Positions 1 to 8,502 of a stretch of DNA of 32,000 nucleotides are shown piece by piece (positions within the stretch are counted from its first letter, which is position 1; each line of letters opens with the position of its first letter). Origin of the DNA: an uncultured Fusibacter sp. GTDB lineage: Bacteria > Bacillota > Clostridia > Peptostreptococcales > Acidaminobacteraceae. Location: the NCBI GenBank assembly GCA_963666805.2, contig CAXXWR010000003.1, positions 555,489 to 587,488 on the forward strand, written 5' to 3'. Both the position numbers and the translations under genes were made by a program. The notes beneath the pieces are model-generated. The model searched no databases, had not been told where the DNA came from, and saw nothing but the letters and a program-made list of their open reading frames with translations.

Positions 1-128
1 TCCGCTAGCGTTACTAAAAAGAGGAAAAAATTTCTATAATTTTCACTAATCATCCCTATCAAATAACTCATAACACAGGCCACAAAAGGGATGACAACTA
101 AACAAACTAATAGGGTTTCTTTGGTCAT
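1..128 (-). CDS. N-terminal fragment of a polytopic membrane protein that runs off the window; by operon context probably a third NuoL/M/N-MrpD-family subunit
   Basis: ATG at 128..126 (minus) lies just downstream of GGAGGAG (132..138) and directly after the stop of 139..1572. The translation MTKETLLVCLVVIPFVACVMSYLIGMISENYRNFFLFLVTLA looks transmembrane. It is absent from the ORF track because the window edge truncates it. The family call rests on context only. Confidence 0.4.
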   Translation of the reverse strand, partial: MTKETLLVCLVVIPFVACVMSYLIGMISENYRNFFLFLVTLA

Positions 129-138
129 ACACTCCTCC

Positions 139-1572
139 TTATAATCCTAAATACGTAATCACGTGAGTTTCAAGAAAGTGAATCACAGGATTCGGAAAAA
201 TACCTAAAAGCCCGCTCACTATGAGTAACACTAACATGGGAATCTTCATTTCAATATCTGTCTTTTTCACTTGGATCGTCTGATTTTCTGGCTTAAAGAA
301 CGCATTAATGCCTATAGGTAGAAGGTAGATTGCAGTCATAAATGCACTTAGCAAGATAACCGCTATAAACCCTACTTCTCCTTGGTCGATTGCGCCTATC
401 GCCAAATGCCATTTGCTTACAAAGCCATTGGTTGGCGGCAATCCCATAATGGATATAGAAGAAAAAAGAAAGACACCGAATGTGAAAGACATTTTTTTCC
501 CTAGTCCATTGATTTCTTTAAACAAGGTTGCGCCTGCATCTTTATACATACTCCCTACACAGAAAAAGAGCATCATTTTGATAACAGCGTGGTTAAGAAG
601 ATGCAATAAAGCTCCTAATAATGCCATACCATTTCCAAGCACAATTCCTAGCATAATATACCCCAGCTGGCTAATCGTCGAATAAGCCAACCGTTTTTTT
701 AGATTCTGCTGGTGATAGGCTAAAAAAGCTCCTGTCAAAATAGAGACAGTAATCACTAATAGAAGACTTTTTTGAAGAACTGGATGCCCTGTAATAAAAG
801 CTACTCCAAATAGATAATAGGTTAATCTGACAAGTCCAAAAATCCCCGACTTCACCACTGCTACCGCATGTAAAAGTGCACTCACCGGTGTTGGGGCAAT
901 CATAGCAGAAGGCAACCAACTGTGAAAAGGGACTAAAGCCGATTTTACACCAAAACCAAGAAAAATAAATAGGTAGCTGACAACCATCAAGTAATGGTCT
1001 GGAATAAGTGCTGCCTTCCCAGCAAAAAATTCTAAATTGCCCATCTTATTAAAATAGATACTCATGCCCACCAGCAAAAAAGTAGACCCCATAAAGCTAT
1101 AAAAAAGATACTTTTTACCGAGTCTTAATGCCTCGTCTGTCCCTCTAAAAATAATGAGCGGAAAAGTAGAAAACGTTAATAGTTCATAGAAAATGTAAAG
1201 TACCATTAAATTAGAAGATAAACAAATTCCAATAAGTGCTGATAGCACAAGAAACATGTACGTATAAAAGATAGGTTCTCGATTAGCATTTCTCATATAA
1301 GAAAAGCTGTAGATTAGAGCCATCAACCACATAAAAGTAGCAATAGTCATCATGTAGAAGCTCAGTCCATCTAATCGAAGATTAAAACGAACACCTTCAA
1401 CTAATGTAAATCCTTGAATAACTAAACCTGCTTCTTTGTTATAAATTTTAAAAAGCAAGACTTCTTCAATCAACAAGACAGCCACTAAAAAGGGTTTGCG
1501 TATCTTTTCAGGAATCACCATCGCCATAAGCCCACCCAATAAAGGGATCATAATCAATAGCCAAAGTAGCAT
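139..1572 (-). CDS. Proton-conducting antiporter-like membrane subunit (NuoL/M/N - MrpD/MnhD family)
   Basis: 477-aa hydrophobic ORF. Family hallmarks are readable: LYIFYELLTF (TM5-type Glu), SWLPSAMIAPTPVSALLHAVAVVKSG (TM7 Lys), AYSTISQLGYIM, LLNHAVIKMMLF (TM12 Lys). GGGGGAG Shine-Dalgarno upstream. Only 1 nt separates it from the stop of the upstream gene (1574). Confidence 0.85.
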   Translation of the reverse strand: MLLWLLIMIPLLGGLMAMVIPEKIRKPFLVAVLLIEEVLLFKIYNKEAGLVIQGFTLVEGVRFNLRLDGLSFYMMTIATFMWLMALIYSFSYMRNANREPIFYTYMFLVLSALIGICLSSNLMVLYIFYELLTFSTFPLIIFRGTDEALRLGKKYLFYSFMGSTFLLVGMSIYFNKMGNLEFFAGKAALIPDHYLMVVSYLFIFLGFGVKSALVPFHSWLPSAMIAPTPVSALLHAVAVVKSGIFGLVRLTYYLFGVAFITGHPVLQKSLLLVITVSILTGAFLAYHQQNLKKRLAYSTISQLGYIMLGIVLGNGMALLGALLHLLNHAVIKMMLFFCVGSMYKDAGATLFKEINGLGKKMSFTFGVFLFSSISIMGLPPTNGFVSKWHLAIGAIDQGEVGFIAVILLSAFMTAIYLLPIGINAFFKPENQTIQVKKTDIEMKIPMLVLLIVSGLLGIFPNPVIHFLETHVITYLGL

Positions 1573-1573
1573 A

Positions 1574-3019
1574 CTACACTCCCCCTCTCACATTGAGCAG
1601 TTCTATGAAAAATAAGATGCGATTTGAAAAAATACCAAATCCAATAACCCCCACTACGAGAATCATCATCGGCACAATTTCTTTAAAAGGCTTTACTTTA
1701 CTGGCAAAGACCTTATTATCAACATTTCGTTTACCATAAAACCCGTTAATAATAATTGGAAAATAATACGAAGCATTTAGAAGCGATGAAATAAGTACCG
1801 CAATAAGTGGCACAATTGATCCCATTTGAAGCGATCCTAAAAGAATATTCCACTTGGTAATAAAACCTGGAAAAAGAGGAATCCCCACCATTGATAAAGC
1901 ACAAATGGCAAAACAAGTTAAGGTAATTGGCATTTCCTTACCTATCCCCCTTAAGGCATCGGTATCAGTGGTGCCTACTTGTTCATAAATTGAGCTAGTT
2001 GCAAGGTAGAGTGCTACCTTGGTGAGGGTATGAGCCATCAACTGATAGATAGCAATTGCCATTCCATATTGATTACCTAATCCAAGTGCCAAATAAATAT
2101 ATCCCAGCTGAGATACAGTCGAATATGCCAGTATTTTCTTAAGATCAGTCTGCCTAATGGCAATCAGTGACCCCGATATCATGCCTCCAACACCTAAAAA
2201 TACAAGAATAGTATCTACGTGTAATCTTTGCATGCCTATACTGCCATAGCCCGTCAATATAATTTTCATTAAAAAAAGAGGTGCTGCTTTCACTGTAATC
2301 CCCGATAAAAGTGCACTAAGTGTAGAAGGTGTTTTGTAAAAAAGATTGGGCATCCAAGAAAAGAAAGGAAAAAGTAGCCCAAAGATACCAAGTCCAAGCA
2401 CACAAAGGGTTAAACTCAGCGTATAGAAATTTAGATTGCCTTTCATGTTTAAAAAAAGATGACTGTTAAAATAAGATAAATCAACGGTTTGACTTTGTAG
2501 AATCATCATCATTAATCCGATAAATAGAAAAATAAGGCCAATACCATTAATCAGTAAAAATTCACGTTTTTTAGAATCCTTATTCCGAATTCTCATCATA
2601 ATAAAGGTGGTCAATAGAACGCCTAAGTAGGCTAGAAACATGACAATCATATTTTGAGATATGATTAACAGTGTCAATGCAGCGATCATGATTAGAAAAC
2701 TGCGATAATAAATCGGTATCTGTTCATTTGGTATATAGACGCTTAATGCGTAATAAGAAAACCATACTATAAGTAGTATCGTCAAATAGAAGACAAGCAA
2801 GATTAGCATCGTTCCTTTAGACATTTGTAATCTGCCAATCAAAGGAAGTATAAGCTCTGTCTGTCCATAATTAAAGAAATAAAAAAACATCAGAAAAAAC
2901 GATAGCATAAAAACACTCACTATCAGCTGATGAATTCGCTTTAAATCTTTAATCCTTTTCAAGTAAAATGCACTAATCATCAACAAAATAATACAGAGAA
3001 CTGGTCCATAACGAATCAT
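1574..3019 (-). CDS. Divergent antiporter-like membrane subunit (NuoL/M/N - MrpD family paralogue)
   Basis: 481-aa hydrophobic ORF with SWMPNLFYKTPSTLSALLSGITVKAAP, AYSTVSQLGYIYL and LMAHTLTKVALYL. GGAGG lies 7 nt upstream of the ATG at 3019. By eye alignment the TM5-type Glu of the family is replaced (NMIVMFLAYLGVLL versus NLMVLYIFYELLTF in the neighbour). Confidence 0.8.
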   Translation of the reverse strand: MIRYGPVLCIILLMISAFYLKRIKDLKRIHQLIVSVFMLSFFLMFFYFFNYGQTELILPLIGRLQMSKGTMLILLVFYLTILLIVWFSYYALSVYIPNEQIPIYYRSFLIMIAALTLLIISQNMIVMFLAYLGVLLTTFIMMRIRNKDSKKREFLLINGIGLIFLFIGLMMMILQSQTVDLSYFNSHLFLNMKGNLNFYTLSLTLCVLGLGIFGLLFPFFSWMPNLFYKTPSTLSALLSGITVKAAPLFLMKIILTGYGSIGMQRLHVDTILVFLGVGGMISGSLIAIRQTDLKKILAYSTVSQLGYIYLALGLGNQYGMAIAIYQLMAHTLTKVALYLATSSIYEQVGTTDTDALRGIGKEMPITLTCFAICALSMVGIPLFPGFITKWNILLGSLQMGSIVPLIAVLISSLLNASYYFPIIINGFYGKRNVDNKVFASKVKPFKEIVPMMILVVGVIGFGIFSNRILFFIELLNVRGGV

Positions 3020-3057
3020 ATTATTTCCTCCATTTTTGAATGGTGATTAGCAATGTA

Positions 3058-3225
3058 TTACCGGTTAATAAATATCTCGTAGACACTTAAAACAAGCATA
3101 ATTGTAAAGAATATTAAGATAAAATATGCCAGTACTAATCCACCTTTAATGATGGATAAAAGTGCTATAATGCCTATTAACGCCAGTACTACTTTGCCCC
3201 TCGTTGTTAGTTTATATTTCTTCAT
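3058..3225 (-). CDS. Small (55 aa) two-TM-like membrane peptide, first gene of the minus-strand antiporter-like operon
   Basis: My own translation of the minus strand gives MKKYKLTTRGKVVLALIGIIALLSIIKGGLVLAYFILIFFTIMLVLSVYEIFINR, with stop TAA at 3060..3058. A weak GGGGTGA Shine-Dalgarno precedes the ATG at 3225..3223. It ends 38 nt upstream of the next gene. It is below the ORF-track length cut-off. Confidence 0.4.
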   Translation of the reverse strand: MKKYKLTTRGKVVLALIGIIALLSIIKGGLVLAYFILIFFTIMLVLSVYEIFINR

Positions 3226-3453
3226 AATTCACCCCACGAATCATTCTCTTAAAAAGATTTTACAACAATTTCATATTAATTTCCAGTCTTTTGTTAAATA
3301 CAAAACATAAAGCAACTTATTTCCTCCACTTCTTAATTGATTTAGGAGAAGAAAAAGACCGCTTTTGAAACCCCATGGTGTAGGGGGTGTTGATTTCAGC
3401 TAATATCAGCCCTTCAAGCCTCATCGGTTAAACTCGTGAAAGCTTTAACTTAA

Positions 3454-3482
3454 TTGAAAATAGTTTTCACTTCATATATAAT
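3454..3482 (+). promoter_or_regulatory. Sigma-A-type promoter for the ccdA operon
   Basis: TTGAAA (3454..3459), a 17-nt spacer, then TATAAT (3477..3482), about 40 nt upstream of the ccdA ATG. Confidence 0.5.
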
Positions 3483-3523
3483 AATGACATTACTATCACC
3501 TAAAATACGATAAGGAGTGGCTA

Positions 3524-4228
3524 ATGTTATTTGAAGTTAATGGCTTAACAGCTTTCACAGCAGGTGTTGTGAGTTTTCTCTCTCCCTGCTTACTGCCTCT
3601 TATTCCCGCTTATATTATGTATCTGACAGGCAGTTTTGATTCTACGGGTAAAACCCAACTGAAAAAAACACTTGTACAAACCCTCTCTTTTATCCTTGGG
3701 TTTACACTGGTTTTTATGTTGCTAGGCATCTCAGCAAGTGCTCTAGGACAAGTCTTTTCGAGACATAAATTATTACTTGCTAAAATTAGTGGTCTTTTTA
3801 TCATTGCTTTTGGAATACACATGACTGGTCTTGTTAAGATACCCTTTTTATCTCGAGACTATCGCCAAAACAAACCTTTAAAGAAAACAAATATGCTATC
3901 GGCAATTGGCATGGGAATGGCTTTTGCTTTTGGATGGACACCTTGTTTCGGCCCTGTTCTTGGTGCTATTTTAGCATCTACTGCTGCTTTTTCAAATCAT
4001 GTTATAGATGGTGTTATCATGTTGGGAATTTATTCACTCGGCATGGCAATTCCTTTCTTAATTACAGCCTTATTTATTGGTTTCTTTGACCAATATATAG
4101 TCAAGATAAGTCGCCATACTGAGTGGCTTAACAGAGTTGCTGGTTTCGTTATGATTGTTTTTGGAATACTCATGTTAACAGGCAAACTCACCATTATTGC
4201 TAATTTTTTACTGAACCTCATTGGTTAA
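3524..4228 (+). CDS. ccdA: CcdA / DsbD-family thiol:disulfide electron-transfer membrane protein
   Basis: 234-aa polytopic ORF carrying the two conserved Cys motifs of the family, FLSPCLLPLIPAY and GWTPCFGPVLG. AAGGAG Shine-Dalgarno upstream. Confidence 0.85.
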   Translation: MLFEVNGLTAFTAGVVSFLSPCLLPLIPAYIMYLTGSFDSTGKTQLKKTLVQTLSFILGFTLVFMLLGISASALGQVFSRHKLLLAKISGLFIIAFGIHMTGLVKIPFLSRDYRQNKPLKKTNMLSAIGMGMAFAFGWTPCFGPVLGAILASTAAFSNHVIDGVIMLGIYSLGMAIPFLITALFIGFFDQYIVKISRHTEWLNRVAGFVMIVFGILMLTGKLTIIANFLLNLIG

Positions 4229-4255
4229 ATCTAACTCAACAAAGGAGATTATCTT

Positions 4256-4954
4256 ATGAAACGACATATTGGGGTCATTGGCTTGATCCTTTTAATGACA
4301 ATCGCACTTATTGGATGTTCATCAGCGAATGGTCCAGCCGTTCCTGAAACGCTCAATGATACAATCGAAAATAACCAGACATCAACAGATAAAGATACTG
4401 ATGATTCTGTTCAAGACGCTGATAAAGATACACCTAATCAAGAACCAGCTGATAAAGAAAATGAAACCAATCAAGAGGATCAAGAGAATTCATCTGAAAG
4501 CGAGAATGCTGGCGACACCGAATCAGAAAGAGAACCTTATTATTTTGACAATTTAGAACTCACTACTCTTGACGGTGAAACCGCTCATCTCCATGACTAT
4601 GAAGGTCAGCTCATTATTCTTAATTTCTGGGCTACTTGGTGTAAATACTGCGTTAAAGAAATGCCTCTTCTTGATGAGCTCAACGCAAAAGATGGCTACA
4701 CTGTCCTCGCAGTTAATGTCGGAGAAGATCCTGATACTGTCAATACTTACCTTGAAGACTATGATTATAGCATGCCTATTATGATGGATGAAAAAAATGA
4801 ACTGGCTGCCTCTTTTGGTGTTAATGCTTTTCCGACCAGTATTTTTATCGGTCCTGACTTTGAGTACTATTATACTTTCCCTGGTATGATTGATGATGCT
4901 ACTCTTAACCAATTGCTAGATGCTATCCAATCTTATCAAGATTCTAAAGAATAA
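4256..4954 (+). CDS. Thioredoxin-fold thiol-disulfide oxidoreductase lipoprotein (TlpA/ResA-like)
   Basis: Signal peptide with lipobox LIGC (Cys21). A roughly 70-aa D/E/N/Q-rich linker follows, then a thioredoxin-like domain with FWATWCKYC (CxxC) and AFPTSIF (cis-Pro region). It lies immediately downstream of ccdA. AAAGGAG Shine-Dalgarno. Confidence 0.85.
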   Translation: MKRHIGVIGLILLMTIALIGCSSANGPAVPETLNDTIENNQTSTDKDTDDSVQDADKDTPNQEPADKENETNQEDQENSSESENAGDTESEREPYYFDNLELTTLDGETAHLHDYEGQLIILNFWATWCKYCVKEMPLLDELNAKDGYTVLAVNVGEDPDTVNTYLEDYDYSMPIMMDEKNELAASFGVNAFPTSIFIGPDFEYYYTFPGMIDDATLNQLLDAIQSYQDSKE

Positions 4955-5005
4955 ACGTGATACAATAATGATAGATTGAATAAAACACATGGATAGGAGG
5001 TTAAT

Positions 5006-6043
5006 ATGATTCAACTCAACCAATCATACTTTATGGCAAAAATTGAAACACTCTTAAACACAGACAGTCCTAGTGGCTACACTCATCAGATGATGGAAAC
5101 TATCGCTCAATGGACAGACTCTCTTGGTTACGAATTTGAATATTCTAATAAAGGTGGCGGGATTATTACCGTTCCTGGAGAAAACCAACACCACACAATT
5201 GGATTGTCCGCTCATGTGGATACACTTGGTTGCATGGTGAGAAGTATCACCTCAAAAGGCACTTTAAAATTCACCTTAATTGGGTCACCGATTCCACCTA
5301 CTCTAGACAGTGAATATGTGAGAATCTATACCCGTGAAGGAAAGGTTTATACAGGCACTATTTTAAGTGAATCTCCTGCTGCACACGTTTTTAAAGATGC
5401 CGCTTCAAAAGAACGTAAACCCGATACTATGGAAGTCAGATTAGATGAAAAAGTGACTTGTAAAGAAGATGTCGAAAAATTGGGGATTATGACTGGTGAT
5501 TTTATTTGTATTGATACTAAAACCACCTTTGTAAATGGTTTTGTTAAATCACGTTTTCTCGATGATAAAGCTTCTGTAGCTTGTATCTTTGGGGCACTTG
5601 AATACTTATCAACTCACAATATCAAACCACGTCATCAAACCAAAATATTAATTAGCAACTACGAAGAGGTCGGTCATGGGGCTTCCTTTATTCCAAGCGA
5701 CATCGCTGAAATGCTTGCCGTTGATATGGGCTGTATTGGTGATGATCTTTCTTGTACAGAGTACGACGTTTCCATATGTGCCAAAGATTCTAGCGGTCCT
5801 TATGATTACCACATGGTTTCACGCTTGATTGAACTGTCAAAGAAATATGAACTGCCTTATGCTGTTGATATTTATCCTTATTATGGTTCCGATGTCAGTG
5901 CTGCACTTAGAGCGGGTAATAATATTAAAGGTGCTTTAATCGGCCCCGGTGTGCATGCCTCTCATGGGATGGAAAGAACGCATTATGAAGGACTTGAAGC
6001 TACTATGAAATTGATTATTGCTTACCTGACTGAAGCTGAATAA
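5006..6043 (+). CDS. M42-family metallo-aminopeptidase (FrvX / glutamyl aminopeptidase-like)
   Basis: 345-aa ORF with metal-ligand-type motifs SAHVDTLG, FLDDKASV, NYEEVGHGAS and GVHASHGMERTH. TAGGAGG Shine-Dalgarno. Confidence 0.8.
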   Translation: MIQLNQSYFMAKIETLLNTDSPSGYTHQMMETIAQWTDSLGYEFEYSNKGGGIITVPGENQHHTIGLSAHVDTLGCMVRSITSKGTLKFTLIGSPIPPTLDSEYVRIYTREGKVYTGTILSESPAAHVFKDAASKERKPDTMEVRLDEKVTCKEDVEKLGIMTGDFICIDTKTTFVNGFVKSRFLDDKASVACIFGALEYLSTHNIKPRHQTKILISNYEEVGHGASFIPSDIAEMLAVDMGCIGDDLSCTEYDVSICAKDSSGPYDYHMVSRLIELSKKYELPYAVDIYPYYGSDVSAALRAGNNIKGALIGPGVHASHGMERTHYEGLEATMKLIIAYLTEAE

Positions 6044-6079
6044 TCTAAAATTAAAATCACACATGCCTTAAAACTTGAA

Positions 6080-6130
6080 CCGCCCACCAAAATGAGTTCT
6101 TCAACACTCACTTTTGGTGGGCGGTTTTTT
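6080..6130 (+). terminator. Rho-independent terminator after the ccdA-tlpA-M42 unit
   Basis: A perfect 13-bp stem, CCGCCCACCAAAA (6080..6092) with TTTTGGTGGGCGG (6112..6124), is followed by TTTTTT (6125..6130). Confidence 0.75.
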
Positions 6131-6181
6131 ATTCAGAGGGGTGAATTTTTTTGGTTGAAAAAACGTTTATCTGGGTATACT

Positions 6182-6190
6182 TGTTACAAT
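6182..6190 (+). promoter_or_regulatory. Candidate extended -10 promoter for the mrp-like operon
   Basis: TGtTACAAT (TGn + TACAAT) lies about 37 nt upstream of the mrpE ATG. I saw no good -35 element. Confidence 0.3.
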
Positions 6191-6226
6191 ATGACTATTT
6201 ACCCCTTTATTTTAAAAGGAGTGCCT

Positions 6227-6703
6227 ATGAAACGTCAACTCTATTACATTCAAATTTTTGCAATACTCACACTCTTTTGGGCTATATTAAGAGAATCTTT
6301 TTCGGTTCAATCATTACTCTTTGGCCTTTTAATCTCTGTTATTACTGTTTTTTCATCTGAAAAATTCTTGCTCAAAGATTCCTACTATGACCGCTATCCT
6401 TATCATATCATTCACATGATTGTTTACGGTTTCTTTTTAATCATCGAAATCTACAAAGCAGGATTAAGTGTGGCTCTGTCCATTATTACTGGCAATATTA
6501 ATATAGATGTCGTTGATATCACAACAGATATTAATGACCCTTATAAGAAAAGTATCTTAGCCAATTCAATCACCTTAACACCTGGGACAGTTACACTGGA
6601 TATGAACGGAAACCTGATTAAAGTTCTTTGGCTTAATACCCAGACTAAACAACCTATTATTGCAGGCAAAATGATAAAAGGACGATTAGAAAGGAGACTC
6701 TAA
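6227..6703 (+). CDS. mrpE: Mrp/Mnh antiporter subunit E (MbhA-like)
   Basis: Start moved to ATG 6227, which has AAAGGAG 6 nt upstream. The longer ORF-track start at 6092 crosses the terminator hairpin. Two N-terminal TM segments and the MrpE-type motif SITLTPGTVTLD. Its stop overlaps the next start (TAATG). Confidence 0.75.
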   Translation: MKRQLYYIQIFAILTLFWAILRESFSVQSLLFGLLISVITVFSSEKFLLKDSYYDRYPYHIIHMIVYGFFLIIEIYKAGLSVALSIITGNINIDVVDITTDINDPYKKSILANSITLTPGTVTLDMNGNLIKVLWLNTQTKQPIIAGKMIKGRLERRL

Positions 6704-6957
6704 TGATTTACGCCATTATCATACTGATTATTTTGAGCCTCTTTACTGCCCTAAGAATTATTATAGGACCTACGATTTGGGATCGTTTATTAGGTCTTAA
6801 TCTCTTTGCAGCTCAGCTCTTAATCCTGATTGTTCTTATTGCTCTTTTTAGAGAGACAACCTATATTTTAGATTTAGCACTTGTTTACGCACTTTTTGGC
6901 TTTATAGGGATTATCTTTATCTCTATCTATATACAACAAGGAAAGGATAAATACTGA
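6703..6957 (+). CDS. mrpF: Mrp/Mnh antiporter subunit F (MbhB-like)
   Basis: 84 aa with three TM-like segments. The motif IIGPTIWDRLLGLNL matches the GPxxxDR signature I associate with MrpF/PhaF. Translationally coupled on both sides. Confidence 0.7.
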   Translation: MIYAIIILIILSLFTALRIIIGPTIWDRLLGLNLFAAQLLILIVLIALFRETTYILDLALVYALFGFIGIIFISIYIQQGKDKY

Positions 6958-7250
6958 TGTTCGAAACCATTGGCATTGTACTCATCTATATTGGCATCGC
7001 TTTTATTGCACTAGGGGTGATTGGCATCTATCGTTTTAGAAATCTTTACCCACGTGCACTCGTTGCCTCACTTATTGACACCGTTGGTTTTATAACGATT
7101 ATGACTGGCATCATCTTTTACAAAGGCTGGTCTAATTTTTCATTAAAATCAATCTTGATTATTGTCATTGTTCTGACTATTAACCCCCTCATTACACACT
7201 CTATTGTGCGTTCCGCTTATAAAAGTGGCTACAAGGTGAAAAAAGGGTAA
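6957..7250 (+). CDS. mrpG: Mrp/Mnh antiporter subunit G (MbhC-like)
   Basis: 97-aa membrane protein. GVIGIYRFRNLYPRALVAS resembles the MrpG G-x-x-R-F-x-D-x-x-x-R motif region. Position is after F. Confidence 0.7.
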   Translation: MFETIGIVLIYIGIAFIALGVIGIYRFRNLYPRALVASLIDTVGFITIMTGIIFYKGWSNFSLKSILIIVIVLTINPLITHSIVRSAYKSGYKVKKG

Positions 7251-7270
7251 TTGGAAAAGGAGTAACTTTT

Positions 7271-7801
7271 ATGATTCAAATGCTACTTATTCTATCCATT
7301 ATATTGGCTGTCATGGCCATACAAACACGAAAACTTAGAAACTCCGTCATCTATCTCGGTGCATTTTCTATGTGTTTAGCCCTCATCTACTTACTTTATC
7401 ATGCACCTGATGTGGCAATTGCAGAAGCCATTATTGGAAGTTCACTCTCGACCATCCTACTGCTGGTGGCACTTCAAAAATATAAAGTATTTAATATCTA
7501 CTATCAAATCAATGAAGAAGAAGTTCAAGACTCTCATGTCTTTTCAACACAGAAACAACAACTGCTTAAAATTATTGAATCCTATTGCAACAAACAAGAA
7601 CTTGAAGCACATGTTATCTACACAGTAGAAGAAGTCCCTCAAATCCTTCATCACGACTATGCGCTTGTGATTGAAGAAAAAGAAGGACAGATTAATATAT
7701 ATGGGCATCCAGAAAACTACAAATTTAATGCCTTAATTAACCTACTTCAGGGGTCTCATCCTGAAATTACCTATATTCAAGTGAAGGAGGAGATTATATG
7801 A
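7271..7801 (+). CDS. MbhD-like / DUF4040-type (MrpA C-terminal-like) membrane subunit with a hydrophilic C-terminal extension of about 100 aa
   Basis: The N-terminal ~75 aa are TM-like and carry YHAPDVAIAEAIIGSSLSTILLL (the APDVA-x-x-EA-x-x-G signature of the MrpA-C/MbhD region). The rest (roughly nt 7496..7801) is charged and soluble-looking, and I do not recognise it. Confidence 0.6.
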   Translation: MIQMLLILSIILAVMAIQTRKLRNSVIYLGAFSMCLALIYLLYHAPDVAIAEAIIGSSLSTILLLVALQKYKVFNIYYQINEEEVQDSHVFSTQKQQLLKIIESYCNKQELEAHVIYTVEEVPQILHHDYALVIEEKEGQINIYGHPENYKFNALINLLQGSHPEITYIQVKEEII

Positions 7802-8070
7802 GGCGAAAGTTTTTAGCAGGTTTTATAAGCATTATCGGGCTTGGAACATTAATCGCTTTTAACTATCAAATTCCCCATCCAATTCTCCCTATGAGACAAT
7901 ACTATTTAACCCATGCCCTGCTTGAAACCGGTTCTCCTAATGTCGTCACTGCGATTTATCTAAATTATCGCTATTATGATACCCTTTTTGAAGCATTAAT
8001 GCTCCTCATTAGTATTATTGCAGTTATCTTTATGTCTGTTCACGAAGAAGAGGAGGTAGACGATGAATGA
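7798..8070 (+). CDS. MbhE-like small membrane subunit (MnhB-domain N-terminal part)
   Basis: 90 aa. ETGSPNVVTAIYLNYRYYDTLFEALMLL matches the N-x-V-T-A-I-x-x-x-Y-R-x-x-D-T-L-x-E signature of the MrpB/MrpA-C family. ATGA overlap with the upstream gene. Confidence 0.55.
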   Translation: MRRKFLAGFISIIGLGTLIAFNYQIPHPILPMRQYYLTHALLETGSPNVVTAIYLNYRYYDTLFEALMLLISIIAVIFMSVHEEEEVDDE

Positions 8071-8449
8071 TCATTCAGAATTACTTTCGGTTTCACTGGG
8101 GATTCTTTACCCGATTATCTTAATATTTGGAATTTATGTCATTGTAAGTGGTCATCTTTCACCCGGTGGCGGTTTTCAAGGGGGTGCCATCCTCTCTGCT
8201 GTTATGATTGTTAAATACCTTATTCAACCAATCAATGACACACCCCTCAATAAAATTCAAACCATTGAAAAGCTTACATTACTCTTAATACTTCTCATCC
8301 CCCTCTTATTTATTTATATGGGGCTCAACCAAATCTTTCCTGCACTTAATCCTTACTACTTAATTGTTGTTAATAGCCTTATCGGTCTTAAGGTCGCTTG
8401 CGGGATGACTATCATTTTTATACGCTTTGTCTTTTATGAAATACGCTAA
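8063..8449 (+). CDS. mrpB: Mrp/Mnh antiporter subunit B (MbhF-like)
   Basis: 128-aa membrane protein with GHLSPGGGFQGG, the characteristic MnhB motif. Overlaps the upstream gene by 8 nt. Confidence 0.7.
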   Translation: MNDHSELLSVSLGILYPIILIFGIYVIVSGHLSPGGGFQGGAILSAVMIVKYLIQPINDTPLNKIQTIEKLTLLLILLIPLLFIYMGLNQIFPALNPYYLIVVNSLIGLKVACGMTIIFIRFVFYEIR

Positions 8450-8502
8450 TGCGCTCAAATTTTTAAGGAAGCGCAATCAAATTATATCGAAAGGAGACAC
8501 CG

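Noticed and set aside
413-919. ORFs 413..685 (+) and 671..919 (-) overlapping the 139..1572 gene
   Set aside because: One is antisense and the other out of frame within a well-supported membrane-protein gene. Neither has a Shine-Dalgarno, and both have low-complexity composition typical of shadow ORFs.
3610-4912. Shadow ORFs 3610..3822, 4030..4221, 4311..4556, 4553..4912 and 4569..4784
   Set aside because: All lie inside or antisense to ccdA and the TlpA-like gene, which have clear family motifs.
6092-6226. N-terminal 45-codon extension of the mrpE ORF (start at 6092)
   Set aside because: It begins inside the loop of the rho-independent terminator at 6080..6130 and has no Shine-Dalgarno. 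The internal ATG at 6227 has AAAGGAG upstream and gives a normal-length MrpE.
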